Below are positions 16,521 to 25,229 of a stretch of DNA of 41,197 nt, in pieces. Every line of letters begins with the position of its first letter. Position 1 is the first letter of the stretch. Both the position numbers and the translations under genes were made by a program. Below the pieces are notes generated by a model. It made no database searches. It was not told where the DNA came from and saw only the letters and a list, made by a program, of their open reading frames with translations. The stretch lies in IMG/VR virus record IMGVR_UViG_3300037601_000119, positions 1 through 41,197 of that record; one strand, written 5' to 3'. The DNA is from a virus (lineage: Duplodnaviria > Caudoviricetes).

Positions 16521-16547
16521 GGAAACGGCTCAAGCAGAGGTGACGTC

Positions 16548-16952
16548 ATGGCGACGAGAGGCCGGAAGCCATCGCCGGCGCATCTCAAGCTGGTAAGGGG
16601 CAATCCGGGCAAGCGGAAAATCGAGCCGGATGCGGCCGCCGAGGTTGAGGCGACGCACGATAACGGTCTCGAGCCGCCCCGAAAATTGAAGAAACGCGAG
16701 CAGGAGCTCTGGGATTCCTACATCCGGCGCGCGCCGTGGCTGACGCACTTCGACGTGCCGCGCGCCTTTGTCTGGGTGTCCCTGCAGGCCGAGTACGAGC
16801 GCAAGCCCGCCGACATGGTCGCCAGCCGGATCGCCCAGCTTCGCGCCGTCGGCTCAGAGCTGGGCCTCGACCCGGCTTCGCGCGCCCGCATCGGAGGCAG
16901 TGGTGGCGGCAAGAAAGAGCCCGAAAGGCCGGAGTCGGAGTTCGGGCTCTAA
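16548..16952 (+). CDS. terS: Terminase small subunit (P27-like)
   Basis: RGRKPSP.HLKLVRGNPGKR and ELGLDPASRARI motifs. Confidence 0.9.
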   Translation: MATRGRKPSPAHLKLVRGNPGKRKIEPDAAAEVEATHDNGLEPPRKLKKREQELWDSYIRRAPWLTHFDVPRAFVWVSLQAEYERKPADMVASRIAQLRAVGSELGLDPASRARIGGSGGGKKEPERPESEFGL

Positions 16953-18678
16953 GCCGGACGATCCCGTCACGGCCTATGCTAAGGCCGTCGTCGCCAGGAA
17001 GATCGTCGCCGGCCCGCATGTTCGTGACGCCGCGGCTCGGCATTTGAAGGATCTGAAGGACGGCCCGAAGCGCGGACTTGTCTGGGATGTGCCGGCGGCC
17101 GAGCGGGCCATCCGGTTCTTCCCGGTGGTGCTTCGCCTCAATGGCGGGCAGTTCGAGGGCGTTCCGTTCGAGCTGCATGTCTCGCAGCAATTCATCGTCG
17201 GATCGATCTTCGGATGGAAGCGGACCGACGGCACGAGGCGCTTCCGCCGCGCCTTCGTTGAAGAGGGCAAGGGGAACGGCAAGTCGCCGCTGGCGGCGGG
17301 AATCGGGCTCTATGGCCTGATCGCGGACGAAGAGCCCCGCGCCGAGGTCTATGCCTTCGCGACCAAGAAGGACCAGGCAATGGTCCTTTTCCGGGACGCG
17401 GTGGCGATGGTTCGCCAGAGCGACCCGTTGAAGGCCCGCTTGCAGTTGTCGGGCGGTGCCGGCCGCGAATGGAATATCGCCGACCTGCGGTCGAGTTCGT
17501 TCTTTCGCCCGATCGCCAACGATGATGGCCAGTCGGGTCCGCGTCCGCACATCGCGATCGGCGACGAGGTCCACGAGCACCGCGACGGGCAGATGATCGA
17601 AATGCTGGAGCGGGGCTTCAAGTTCCGCCGCCAGCCGCTGCTGTTCATGATCACGAACAGCGGCTTCGACCGGAAGACCGTCTGCTGGGAAGAGCATCTC
17701 CACGCCATTCGCGTGGCCGCCGGAGACGTCGAAGACGACACGACCTTCTCTTTCGTGTGCGGGCTCGACGACGATGACGATCCGCTGAACGATCCGGGCT
17801 GCTGGGCGAAGGCCAATCCGCTCCTCGGGACGATCCTGAAGGAAGACTATCTCGCCGACGTGGTCGCCCAGGCAAAGGCGATCCCTGGCAAGCTGAACAA
17901 TATCCTGCGGCTGCACTTCTGCGTCTGGACGGATGCGGACACGGCATGGGTTAGCCGCGAGCAATGGGAAAAGATCGAAGACCCGGGCATGTCGATCGAT
18001 GCCTTTGCCGAGACGCCCTTCTGGGCCGGTCTCGACATCGGCACGTCGCTGGACATGACCGCGAAGGCGCTCGTCTTTCCCGATGGTCTCGACGGCGAAG
18101 GCCGGCCGAAATTCGCGGCCTTCGTTCATGGATATCTGCCCGCCGAGGGACTCGAGGAGCACGCGCGAAAGGACCGCGCGCCCTATGACGTCTGGGTGCG
18201 GAACGGCTTCATCACCGCAACACCGGGCAAGACGACGCGGCTCGACTATGTGGCACGCGACCTGGTCGAAGAGGTTCAAGCCTTCGGCTGTGAATCGGTC
18301 GCCTATGACGTCTGGCTAATCAAACGCTTCAACGAAGAGCTCGAGGAGCTTGGCGTCGACCTGCCGGTGGTCGAGCATCCGCAGGGGTGGAACCGCCGGC
18401 GCGACAGCCCGCTGTCGATGCCCGACAGCATCAACGCGCTCGAGCAATTGATTTTCGAAGGCCGGATCCGAGTTCACGTCAATCCCGCCCTGCGCTCGGC
18501 CGTGATGTCGGCCCGGCTCCTGGCCTCCGCTGCCGGCTTGCGGCGCTTCGACAAGAACAAGGCGACGGCGCGGATCGACATGGCCGTCGCGCTCGCGATG
18601 GCGGTGGGTACGGCCACGGCAGCTGAACAAGGCGGATCGATCGACGACTTTCTGTCTGATCCGGTGATGGTGATCTGA
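16903..18678 (+). CDS. terL: Terminase large subunit
   Basis: Walker A GKGNGKS, Walker B IGDEVHEH, ITNSG, nuclease GLD and RIDMAVA; GTG start chosen from the GGAGG RBS at 16893. Confidence 0.96.
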   Translation: MAARKSPKGRSRSSGSKPDDPVTAYAKAVVARKIVAGPHVRDAAARHLKDLKDGPKRGLVWDVPAAERAIRFFPVVLRLNGGQFEGVPFELHVSQQFIVGSIFGWKRTDGTRRFRRAFVEEGKGNGKSPLAAGIGLYGLIADEEPRAEVYAFATKKDQAMVLFRDAVAMVRQSDPLKARLQLSGGAGREWNIADLRSSSFFRPIANDDGQSGPRPHIAIGDEVHEHRDGQMIEMLERGFKFRRQPLLFMITNSGFDRKTVCWEEHLHAIRVAAGDVEDDTTFSFVCGLDDDDDPLNDPGCWAKANPLLGTILKEDYLADVVAQAKAIPGKLNNILRLHFCVWTDADTAWVSREQWEKIEDPGMSIDAFAETPFWAGLDIGTSLDMTAKALVFPDGLDGEGRPKFAAFVHGYLPAEGLEEHARKDRAPYDVWVRNGFITATPGKTTRLDYVARDLVEEVQAFGCESVAYDVWLIKRFNEELEELGVDLPVVEHPQGWNRRRDSPLSMPDSINALEQLIFEGRIRVHVNPALRSAVMSARLLASAAGLRRFDKNKATARIDMAVALAMAVGTATAAEQGGSIDDFLSDPVMVI

Positions 18679-20000
18679 TGGGCTATCTCGCCAAGGCGAT
18701 CGCGGCTCCAATCAAGCTCTACAACGCGGTTGCCGACGAGATCGCGAAGGAGATCCGCCTTCGCCTCGACGACGGCCCGGCCTGGTCGAGCTTTTTCGGT
18801 CGCACCGGGTATTCGGGGAAGACCGTCACGACGCAGAGCGCGATGCAGCTGGCGACCGCATGGGCCTGCATCAAGCTCACGGCGCAGGCGGTCTCGTGCC
18901 TGCCGTTGAAGCTTTACGAAAAGCGCGGATCAGACAGCCGGGAAGAAGTCGACGACGACCTTGCTGAAATTCTCTCGGACAGCCCGAACGCTGACCAGAC
19001 CGCGCTTGAATACTGGGAAACCGTCGTCGCCTCGCTGCTGACGCGCGGCAATGCCTACTCGGAGAAGGTGTATCTCGGCCGGTCCCTTTCGGCGCTTCAA
19101 CCGCTCGGGAATTGCGCGCCGCATCGAAAAAGTGACGGCACGCTGGTCTACCGGCTGAACGATCGCGGGAAGACCGAAGACCTGCCGCGCGACAAGGTGT
19201 TTCACGTCAAGGGGTTCGGCCAGGGGCTGAGCTCGCTCGATCTCGGAATGTCGCCTATCGCCTATGGCGTGCACAGTCTCGGAACGGCTCTGGCCGCCGA
19301 GGAAGCCGCCGGAAAAATGTTCGGCAACGGGCTGCAGGTCAGCGGCGTGTTGAAATCCGATCAGACCCTGAAGCCGGAGCAGCGCGCCCAGCTTCAAAAG
19401 ATCATGCAGGCCTATACCGGCTCGGAAAAGGCCGGAAAGCTCATGATCCTCGAGGCCGGCCTCGAATACCAGCAGATGACGCTCAACCCGGACGACGCGC
19501 AGATGCTGGAAACCCGCCGGTTCTCCGTTGAAGAGATCTGCCGCTGGTTCGGCGTGCCGCCGATCATCATCGGTCACGCGGCGCAGGGCCAGACGATGTG
19601 GGGGTCCGGCGTCGAGCAAATCCTCATCGCCTGGCTGACGCTCGGCATCGACCCGCTGTGCGACCGCATCGAGGCACGCATCAAGAAACAGCTCATCCGG
19701 CCGACGGGCCAGCGCCGCCGATACGCGGAATTCAACCGCGAGGCGCTGCTGCAGATGGATTCGAAGTCGAAGGCCGAATTCCTGTCAAAGATGGTTCAGA
19801 ACGCGCTGATGAGCCGCAACGAGGCCCGCGCCAAGCTCAACCTGCCGGCCCGTCCGGGCGGCGACAGCCTGACCGCCCAGACCAATCTGGCGCCGCTCGA
19901 GACGCTGGGTGCCGACACCGCAGGCCAGCGCGCCCAGTCGGCCTTCCTCGACTGGCTCGGCGTCCAACAGAATGAAGGAGACCGCCATGTCGAAGCGTAA
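18678..20000 (+). CDS. HK97-family portal protein
   Basis: AWACIKL...LPLKLY, PN..QT, GNAY, GMSPI, DAQMLETRRF and EICRWFGVPP motifs. Confidence 0.96.
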   Translation: MGYLAKAIAAPIKLYNAVADEIAKEIRLRLDDGPAWSSFFGRTGYSGKTVTTQSAMQLATAWACIKLTAQAVSCLPLKLYEKRGSDSREEVDDDLAEILSDSPNADQTALEYWETVVASLLTRGNAYSEKVYLGRSLSALQPLGNCAPHRKSDGTLVYRLNDRGKTEDLPRDKVFHVKGFGQGLSSLDLGMSPIAYGVHSLGTALAAEEAAGKMFGNGLQVSGVLKSDQTLKPEQRAQLQKIMQAYTGSEKAGKLMILEAGLEYQQMTLNPDDAQMLETRRFSVEEICRWFGVPPIIIGHAAQGQTMWGSGVEQILIAWLTLGIDPLCDRIEARIKKQLIRPTGQRRRYAEFNREALLQMDSKSKAEFLSKMVQNALMSRNEARAKLNLPARPGGDSLTAQTNLAPLETLGADTAGQRAQSAFLDWLGVQQNEGDRHVEA

Positions 20001-20826
20001 GCTACCGGCGGCCGAAACCGCGACCCGTCCGGGTCTTCGCACCGAGCTCTTTCCCTCTGCGCTGAACCGCTGGAATCCCGAAGTCCGGTCGGCGGCTGAA
20101 GTCGACACCTCGATCTCGATCCTTGACGTCATCGGCGCCGACTTCTTCGGCGAGGGCGTGACCGCGAAGCGCATCGCGGCCGCGCTTCGCGCCATCGGCG
20201 AAGAAGACATCACCGTCAACATCAACTCGCCCGGCGGCGACTTCTTCGAAGGGCTGGCGATCTACAACCTTCTGCGTGAGCACAAGGCGAAGGTCACGGT
20301 GAAGATCCTCGGCATGGCGGCATCGGCTGCGTCCGTGATTGCCATGGCCGGAGACGAGATCCAGATCGCTCGCGGCGCCTTCATGATGATCCACAACACC
20401 TGGGTGTGCGGTTGCGGTGATCGGCACGGCCTGCGCGACATCGCCGACTGGCTCGAGCCGTTCGACAATGCGGCGATCGATATCTACGAGGCCCGGACCG
20501 GCATGAAGCGCGCCGAGCTCGGAAAGATGCTCGATCGCGAGACGTGGCTCGGTGGTTCCGAGGCCATCGACAAGGGTTTCGCGGACGCCCTTCTGCCGGC
20601 GGACGAGATCGCGTCCGAACCGAAGAATACCGCTAGCGGCGAGCCTCTCGCTGCGGCCCACAAGCTCGACACACTTCTCGCACGGCTCAACATCCCGCGC
20701 TCTGAACGGCGTGACCTGATCCGTGCGCTGAAAGGCGACACGCCCGGCGCTGTCGCATCCGGCATGCCCGGCGCTGCCGTCATCGCGGAGGTGGAAGACC
20801 TCCTCCAATCAATCAAACGTATGTGA
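19987..20826 (+). CDS. ClpP-type head maturation protease
   Basis: INSPGGD, AASAASVI, MMIHN and ETWL...A...GFAD motifs; AAGGAG RBS. Confidence 0.95.
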   Translation: MSKRKLPAAETATRPGLRTELFPSALNRWNPEVRSAAEVDTSISILDVIGADFFGEGVTAKRIAAALRAIGEEDITVNINSPGGDFFEGLAIYNLLREHKAKVTVKILGMAASAASVIAMAGDEIQIARGAFMMIHNTWVCGCGDRHGLRDIADWLEPFDNAAIDIYEARTGMKRAELGKMLDRETWLGGSEAIDKGFADALLPADEIASEPKNTASGEPLAAAHKLDTLLARLNIPRSERRDLIRALKGDTPGAVASGMPGAAVIAEVEDLLQSIKRM

Positions 20827-20837
20827 TGGAGATTCCC

Positions 20838-22157
20838 ATGAGGAAGATCATGCCGCTTGTCTCGATGGCGGCACTGATGGCTGCTGCGCGCCCGGAGGGC
20901 GTGCTCGGCAGCGTTCGCAATGACGGCGTCGATCCCAAGAAGATCGAAGCGCTGCTTGCGGATGTGAAATCGGAGCTGACCCGCGTCGGCGACGATGTGA
21001 AGCGAACGGCCGAGGACGCGCTGAAGCAGTCCAAGGCCGCCGGCGACACCACGAATGAGCTGAAGCACAAGGCGGACGAGCTTCTGACCGTTCAGTCGAA
21101 GCTGACCGACGCCCAGTCGAAGCTCGAAACGAAGATGGAAGCCCTCGAGACCCGCAACAAGGATCTCGAGCAACTCTTCGCGTCGATGGGCCGCGGCAAC
21201 AAGGCCTCGGTCCAGTCGCTTGGCGAACAGGCCGTCGAAGCGGAAAGCTTCAAGGCCTTCGTTGCCAACGGCGCCCGCGGCACGCTGCGGATTCCGGTGA
21301 AGCAGGCGATCACCTCGCTCAACACCTCGGCCGGCGACCTGATCTGGTCCGACCGTGAGCGCGAGATCGTCGGCATGCCGCGCCGGCAGATGACGATCCG
21401 CCAGCTGCTCGACCAGGGCCGCACGGGTTCGAACCTGATCGAGTACGCCAAGCAGACGACCCGCACGAACAATGCGGACGTCGTCTCTGAAACCGTCCAG
21501 AAGCCGGAATCGACCTATGTCTGGGACCGAGCCGATGCAGCCGTGCGTACGATCGCGCACTGGGTGCATGTCTCCCGCCAGGCGATGGAAGACGCCGAAC
21601 AGCTCCAGAGCGAGATCGACGGCGAGCTGCGCTATGGCCTCGACCTCGTCGAGGAAACGCAGCTTCTGACGGGCGATGGCACCGGTCAGAACCTGTCGGG
21701 TCTGGTGACCGAGGCGACGGCCTATTCCGCCGCGTTCGACGTTACCGGGGCGACGATGATCGACACGCTGCGTCTTGCGCTCCTGCAGGCGTCGCTTGCC
21801 GAGTATCCGGCCGACGGCATCGTCCTTCACCCGACGGACTGGGCCCGCATCGAGCTGACGAAGGATGGCGAGTTCCGCTATATCTTCGCCAACGTGCTCC
21901 AGCTGGCCGGCCCGCAGCTGTGGGGCCGCCCGGTTGTGGCCACCCAGTCGATGACCGAGGATGACTTCCTCGTCGGCGCCTTCCGCGCCGCGGCGAAGAT
22001 CTACGACCGCATGGATGCGGAAGTGGTGATGTCCTCGGAAGACCGTGACAACTTCATCAAGAACATGATCACGGTCCGCGCCGAAAAGCGCCTCGCCCTC
22101 GCGGTGAAGCGTCCGGCCGCCCTCATCACGGGCGACTTCGGCAACGTCTCCGGCTAG
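20838..22157 (+). CDS. HK97-fold major capsid protein with N-terminal delta (scaffold) domain
   Basis: Coiled-coil N-terminus; KPES, TIAHW, QLLTGDGTGQNLSG, LWGRPVV and NMITVRAEKRLAL.V.RP motifs. Confidence 0.96.
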   Translation: MRKIMPLVSMAALMAAARPEGVLGSVRNDGVDPKKIEALLADVKSELTRVGDDVKRTAEDALKQSKAAGDTTNELKHKADELLTVQSKLTDAQSKLETKMEALETRNKDLEQLFASMGRGNKASVQSLGEQAVEAESFKAFVANGARGTLRIPVKQAITSLNTSAGDLIWSDREREIVGMPRRQMTIRQLLDQGRTGSNLIEYAKQTTRTNNADVVSETVQKPESTYVWDRADAAVRTIAHWVHVSRQAMEDAEQLQSEIDGELRYGLDLVEETQLLTGDGTGQNLSGLVTEATAYSAAFDVTGATMIDTLRLALLQASLAEYPADGIVLHPTDWARIELTKDGEFRYIFANVLQLAGPQLWGRPVVATQSMTEDDFLVGAFRAAAKIYDRMDAEVVMSSEDRDNFIKNMITVRAEKRLALAVKRPAALITGDFGNVSG

Positions 22158-22180
22158 TCCGGACACACCTGAAGACAGGG

Positions 22181-22208
22181 CGGGCGGCCTTCGGGCCGCC
22201 CGTTTCTT
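22181..22208 (+). terminator. Intrinsic terminator after the capsid gene
   Basis: CGGGCGGCC-TTCG-GGCCGCCCG followed by TTTCTT. Confidence 0.85.
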
Positions 22209-22219
22209 CGGAGCACGTC

Positions 22220-22504
22220 ATGAAAATCAAAGCCCTTCGCTCGCTCACCGGAGACTACGGCCAGCTGCGCCGCGGTGCCGTGACCGACATTCCCGATCAC
22301 CGGGCACAGCAGCTGATCAAGCGCGGCCTTGTCGTGCCCGTCCAGGGCGTGGCGCGGGAGGTCGCCGGCAAGCCGGAGAGCCCTACGGAAAGCCGCCCAG
22401 CTGGTGGCCAGACTGGGAAGGCGAAGCCCTCGTCCTCGTCGCCGCAGGCCCAAGCACGAAAGACCAGCCCCTCGAAATCGTCCAGGGCCAAGCCCGCGTC
22501 ATAG
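22220..22504 (+). CDS. Small post-capsid head-associated protein; probable N-terminal partner of a frameshift fusion
   Basis: Compact domain MKIKALR...GAVTDIPDHRAQQLIKRGLV followed by a low-complexity S/P/K tail; GGAG RBS. Confidence 0.8.
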   Translation: MKIKALRSLTGDYGQLRRGAVTDIPDHRAQQLIKRGLVVPVQGVAREVAGKPESPTESRPAGGQTGKAKPSSSSPQAQARKTSPSKSSRAKPAS

Positions 22505-23004
22505 CAATCAACACGTCCTGGAGGCTATGCCCCTGGGCGGATGCCCTTTACGCCTGCGATTTCGCCTGGTGGCAGCGCCATGGCGGGGTTCCCGAGTTTA
22601 CCGGCTTGAAACTGTCGGTCGATGCGGCCGCGGTCCGACGTCCATGGGGCGTGCAGCCGGTTGGTATCAACAAGCAGGACGACCGGCTCGAGACCGGCAA
22701 GATCGGCACGGTCGGCTGGGCGGGAAATTCCGGCTTTCACGCCCTCAATCTAGCCGTGCAGATGCGGCCGTCGAAGATCATTCTCGTGGGTTATGACATG
22801 CGGGTCGATCACGGCCTGCACTGGCATGGCGCACACCAAGGCCTGAACAACCCCAGCCAGCGCAATGTCGAGCGCTGGCGGCGGTGCATGGATGCCGCCG
22901 CGCCCGTGATCCGGACGATCGGCATTCCGGTTCTCAACTGCAGCCCGATTTCGGCCCTCACGGCCTATCCGAAGATGACGCTCGAAGAGGCGCTCGCATG
23001 CTGA
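22381..23004 (+). CDS. Sialyltransferase/Maf (DUF115/MptE)-like glycosyltransferase domain lacking its own start codon
   Basis: Hand translation upstream of the tracked ORF: PYGKPPSWWPDWEGEALVLVAAGPS...VIAINTSWRLCPWADALYACD..WW, continuing to NSGFHALNLA...IILVGYD...VLNCSPISAL. Confidence 0.78.
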   Translation, partial: PYGKPPSWWPDWEGEALVLVAAGPSTKDQPLEIVQGQARVIAINTSWRLCPWADALYACDFAWWQRHGGVPEFTGLKLSVDAAAVRRPWGVQPVGINKQDDRLETGKIGTVGWAGNSGFHALNLAVQMRPSKIILVGYDMRVDHGLHWHGAHQGLNNPSQRNVERWRRCMDAAAPVIRTIGIPVLNCSPISALTAYPKMTLEEALAC

Positions 23005-23567
23005 CCCGTCTGTCCAATCCGGAAGGCTATGCCGTCCCGCTCGCCGAGCTCAAGGCTGCGCTCCGCGTCGATCACGAAGACGACGACGCGCGCCTGCAGC
23101 GCGCCATCCGCAGCGAAACCCGGCGTTATGAGGACTTCACCGACCGGGTGATGCTGCCGACAAATTTCGAGTTTCGTATCCACCATTGGCGAACCATGAT
23201 CACGCTGCCGTGCGCGCCGATCCGGGCGGTGACGGCGGTCGCCTATCTCGACGAAGACGGCGCGGAGCAATCGCTCGGGGCCGGGGAATGGTATTTCCTC
23301 GCCACGGACACGGGCGGGGAAATCCGCTTCACCGACACCTTCACCTCTCCGGCCCTCTACGACCGGCCGCAGTCCATCATGATCCGTTTCGCTGCAGGGT
23401 ATGACGATCCGGACGCTTCCGGGTCCGGTGACGATCCCGACCTGGTCGCCCCCGAAATCGATCGCCGCAACATCTCGCTCATGGTTCTGAAGCTCTATGA
23501 CGGCGACGAGGCCATGGAGGATTCCGAGCTTCGCCGGATCGCCGGGAACCGGAGAATCTTCCGGTGA
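22998..23567 (+). CDS. Head-tail connector (HK97 gp6 / phiE125 gp8-like)
   Basis: VPLAELKAALRVDHEDDD, LP.API..VTAV.Y.D and IRFAAGY motifs. Confidence 0.9.
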   Translation: MLTRLSNPEGYAVPLAELKAALRVDHEDDDARLQRAIRSETRRYEDFTDRVMLPTNFEFRIHHWRTMITLPCAPIRAVTAVAYLDEDGAEQSLGAGEWYFLATDTGGEIRFTDTFTSPALYDRPQSIMIRFAAGYDDPDASGSGDDPDLVAPEIDRRNISLMVLKLYDGDEAMEDSELRRIAGNRRIFR

Positions 23568-24073
23568 GCCGGCCGGTGATCAGTCCGAGGGCCGTGGTGT
23601 CGGCAGACTGCGTGATCGGTGCGGGCACGACGATCTGGCAATTCGCCAGCGTGACTGGCGGAACCGTGCTCGGCCGGGACTGCGGCGTGTCCCCGTTCGC
23701 CATGCTGCACGGTCCGGTGTTCGGAGACCGCTGCCGCATCAGTGCGGGGGTGGCCATGGGCCCCGGTTTCAAGATCGGGAATGACGTCTTCATCGGTCCG
23801 AACGTCACCTTCGCGAACGATGCCTGGCCCCTGTCGGACAAGGCCGGCTATCGGCCCGAGGAATTCAACGGCGCGCAATGGGCCGTGATCGTGGAAGACG
23901 GCGCCTCGATCGGTGCGAACGCGGTGGTGCTGCCCGGTGTCCGCATCGGACGCAAGGCGATGGTCGCGGCGCGCAGCGTCGTGACGAATGACGTTCCGGC
24001 CGGGCATTGCTGGCGGGACGGGGTGTGCCGGAAGATTCTCGGGACACCGGATCGCATGCGGTTCGCGGTATGA
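23564..24073 (+). CDS. Hexapeptide-repeat (LbH) sugar acetyltransferase, WxcM/FdtC/WlbB-like
   Basis: IGAGTTIWQFA, VFIGPNVTFAND and GASIGANAVVLPGVRIG...VVTNDVP repeats. Confidence 0.9.
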   Translation: MSRPVISPRAVVSADCVIGAGTTIWQFASVTGGTVLGRDCGVSPFAMLHGPVFGDRCRISAGVAMGPGFKIGNDVFIGPNVTFANDAWPLSDKAGYRPEEFNGAQWAVIVEDGASIGANAVVLPGVRIGRKAMVAARSVVTNDVPAGHCWRDGVCRKILGTPDRMRFAV

Positions 24074-24684
24074 TCACCGTCGCGACCCTGCTCTGGGATG
24101 CCAACCGGCATTCCCGCGACTTCTCGTCGATGTACGACGAAAGCTGGGTGGACAAGCTCTACAGGGGCTTTTCGCGCAACCTGACGGAGCCGTTTCGCTT
24201 TGTCTGCTTCACCGACCGCGCCCGGTCCTTCAGCGAGCCGGTCGAGATCGAACGCCTTAAGGCTGCCGAGCCGACCTATGCGACCTGCATCGAGCCCTAC
24301 CGGCTCGACGAGCCGATGATCCTCGTTGGTCTCGACACGATCGTGACCGGCAATGTCGATCACCTCGCGGCTTATTGTGAGACGGGCGACCGCATCGCGC
24401 TGCCGCGCGATCCGTTCCGTCCGAAGATCGCCTGTAACGGCGTGGCCCTGGTGCCGGCGGGCTGGAAACGGATCGCCACTCGGCATCGCGGCGAAAACGA
24501 CATGGAGTGGGTGCGGCGCTTTCCGCACCATTTCATCGACGACCTCTGGCCGGGGCATGTCGTGAGCTTCAAGGGTCATGTGAAGCGCCACGGCCTGGGC
24601 GATGCCCGCATCGTTTATCTGCACGGCAAGGAAAAGCCCCACGAGCTCGGTCACGTCGACTGGGTCCACGAACACTGGACATAG
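24070..24684 (+). CDS. GT-A fold glycosyltransferase-like protein
   Basis: YDESWVDKLYRGFSRNL...FRFVCFTD, degenerate DxD (GLDTIVTGNVD) and IVYLHGKEKP motifs. Confidence 0.8.
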   Translation: MITVATLLWDANRHSRDFSSMYDESWVDKLYRGFSRNLTEPFRFVCFTDRARSFSEPVEIERLKAAEPTYATCIEPYRLDEPMILVGLDTIVTGNVDHLAAYCETGDRIALPRDPFRPKIACNGVALVPAGWKRIATRHRGENDMEWVRRFPHHFIDDLWPGHVVSFKGHVKRHGLGDARIVYLHGKEKPHELGHVDWVHEHWT

Positions 24685-24693
24685 GAGAAGCCG

Positions 24694-24897
24694 ATGGTCT
24701 GGTTCACCTTCACGAAGGATTTCGATTTCCGCCCGAGCGGCGAGCACCGGGTCACGGTTTCCTACAAGGCCGGCATGACCACACAGGTCACGCGCGAATG
24801 CGCCGCACGCGCCGCGGCGCTCGATGCGGGCAAGAAGGCCAGCCGCCCGAAATCGGATCGCACCGAGAACGACGATGCGGAAACCAGCGGCGCATAA
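24694..24897 (+). CDS. Small head/neck-region protein
   Basis: AGGAG RBS; F.KDFDF...YKAG...V.RECA..A pattern. Confidence 0.7.
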   Translation: MVWFTFTKDFDFRPSGEHRVTVSYKAGMTTQVTRECAARAAALDAGKKASRPKSDRTENDDAETSGA

Positions 24898-25225
24898 GCT
24901 GCGCGAGCGGGTCTATTTCGAGCGGCGCGGGGCAAACACCCGCGGCGTTCCGGCAGGCTTTGCGCGGCTTTATCCCGAAACCGGGTCGATCTCGGCGGAG
25001 ATCATGCCGGTGCGTGGCAACGAGGAAGTCCTGTCGCACCGCCTGACCGGTGTGACGGTGTTCGAAATCGTCGTTCGCGGGAATGCTGGCACGGCCGCCC
25101 TGCGCACCGATGATCGCTGCATCAATGCGCGCTCTGGCGACGTCTACAATATCCGCGCGATCGTCAATCCCGACCAGCGCGGCCAGTGGTATCACCTGAC
25201 CTGCGAAAGCGGCGTGGCGACCTGA
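24875..25225 (+). CDS. Head closure / head-tail adaptor (SPP1 gp16-like)
   Basis: AHKLRERVYFE...AEIMPVRGNE...YNIRAIVNPD...LTCESG. Confidence 0.85.
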   Translation: MRKPAAHKLRERVYFERRGANTRGVPAGFARLYPETGSISAEIMPVRGNEEVLSHRLTGVTVFEIVVRGNAGTAALRTDDRCINARSGDVYNIRAIVNPDQRGQWYHLTCESGVAT

Positions 25226-25229
25226 CGCC

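Noticed and set aside
16343-16543. 66-aa ORF across the HNH-terS gap
   Set aside because: Atypical composition, and it spans the probable cos region; insufficient support.
16768-16952. terS-terL overlap as a frameshift fusion
   Set aside because: GTG at 16903 has a GGAGG RBS at suitable spacing, so independent initiation explains the overlap.
22606-23004. TTG start given by the ORF track for the glycosyltransferase-like gene
   Set aside because: It has no RBS and would omit the GPS, IAIN and YACD motifs encoded upstream in the same frame.
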